Source: Tubulanus polymorphus
Lineage: Eukaryota; Animalia; Nemertea
Direction: 5' to 3'
Length of the DNA stretch: 64,000 bases
NCBI RefSeq assembly: GCF_964204645.1
Contig: NC_134034.1
Location: forward strand, 11,420,962 to 11,484,961
Positions 63,231 through 64,000 of the stretch are shown piece after piece. The notes beneath the pieces are model-generated. The model worked only from the letters and a program-made list of their open reading frames with translations. It was not told the origin of the DNA and ran no database searches. Both the position numbers and the translations under genes were made by a program. Each line of letters opens with the position of its first letter. The stretch's first letter is position 1.

Positions 63231-63638
63231 CACTTCCTCGATTCTAGGTCAGTTTAGACTTTGACCGACGTTCTGAACTTTTTGCTACAAGCAGACGTTA
63301 GAATCAGCCGAACGATGACGTAACACTCTCCAGACGACGGCAAAAAAATTAGATTCGAAAATTACGCTCAAATGCATCCTGGCTGTTCGTCGTTAATCGG
63401 CTGAATTCGATACACCAGTTGGAATTCCACCTGGATTCATTAGAAATGCGTAAAAACTCCCATGAAATTGATTTAATTTGATGCTTTTTCTAAATGGAAA
63501 TTTTCGTTTTCTTCTTATTTCAGTTAAAACTTCGGATCTTCATACAGCTGCAGCAGCAGCAACAGCAGCAGCAGCAGCAGCGCCAGCAGCATGGACCAAA
63601 TCACTAGATTCTAGAAACGAACGTGGTAGAATAAACAG

Positions 63639-63722
63639 ATGCGGAAAATGGCGTGTAATTTGTCAGGTGGTACTACGGCGATCGGTGTGATTATAGCCCT
63701 GATCATCTGCAGACAATATCAG
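63639..63722 (+). CDS. Candidate first coding exon of a downstream secreted/membrane-protein gene (exon 63524-63722)
   Basis: Strong acceptor ttttcgttttcttcttatttcag (63523); CAG-rich leader; MRKMACNLSGGTTAIGVIIALIICRQYQ (signal-peptide-like; aaaATGG context at 63648); donor CAG|GTAACC. Confidence 0.4.
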
Positions 63723-64000
63723 GTAACCTTTGTATTTATTTCTAGTGGTTGGTGCAACCAGCACAATCAGCAGGCCGAAAAGTTTAAATCTTTTCCGTGA
63801 ATTCTCTGAAAACCATTTTTAAGGAATGAAAACGTTGCCTTGGTTACGGTTTTTGGAGAAAAACCGAAAATTCACGGATTCATTCTTTTTACTAACATCA
63901 ACCGTTCATTACGTGACGTCACAGCCGAAGATTACCGATGATTGCCGATCTTTTTAACTGCTTTTAAGAGTAATTATTTTATAATTAGTCTCACAGTCAA

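Overview
AT-rich, intron-rich invertebrate animal genomic DNA (species cannot be determined from the sequence). Bases 247-35979 (+) hold one giant secreted-protein gene whose 5' end lies outside or at the edge of the window. I traced it by hand as 56 GT-AG exons with consistent intron phases, about 11.9 kb of CDS or about 3,960 aa. Architecture: VWD-C8-TIL (D1), D2, D', D3, Thr-rich micro-exons, eight F5/8 type C (discoidin) domains (the first six separated by Ser/Thr/Gly mucin repeats), VWC-like modules and a C-terminal cystine knot. It is a hemocytin/hemolectin-like gel-forming mucin that lacks D4 and has an RRQRR furin-type site inside discoidin 7. One intron holds a decayed Ngaro/DIRS-type tyrosine-recombinase retrotransposon whose 3' end carries an array of covarying hairpins. 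Introns and the right half (36-64 kb) are rich in MITEs, LINE/SINE remnants, fold-back elements with minimal type I hammerhead ribozyme motifs (Penelope-like), and tandem arrays apparently seeded from MITE ends. A possible first coding exon of a second + strand gene lies at about 63.5-63.7 kb. All calls come from reading the sequence; no searches were run.
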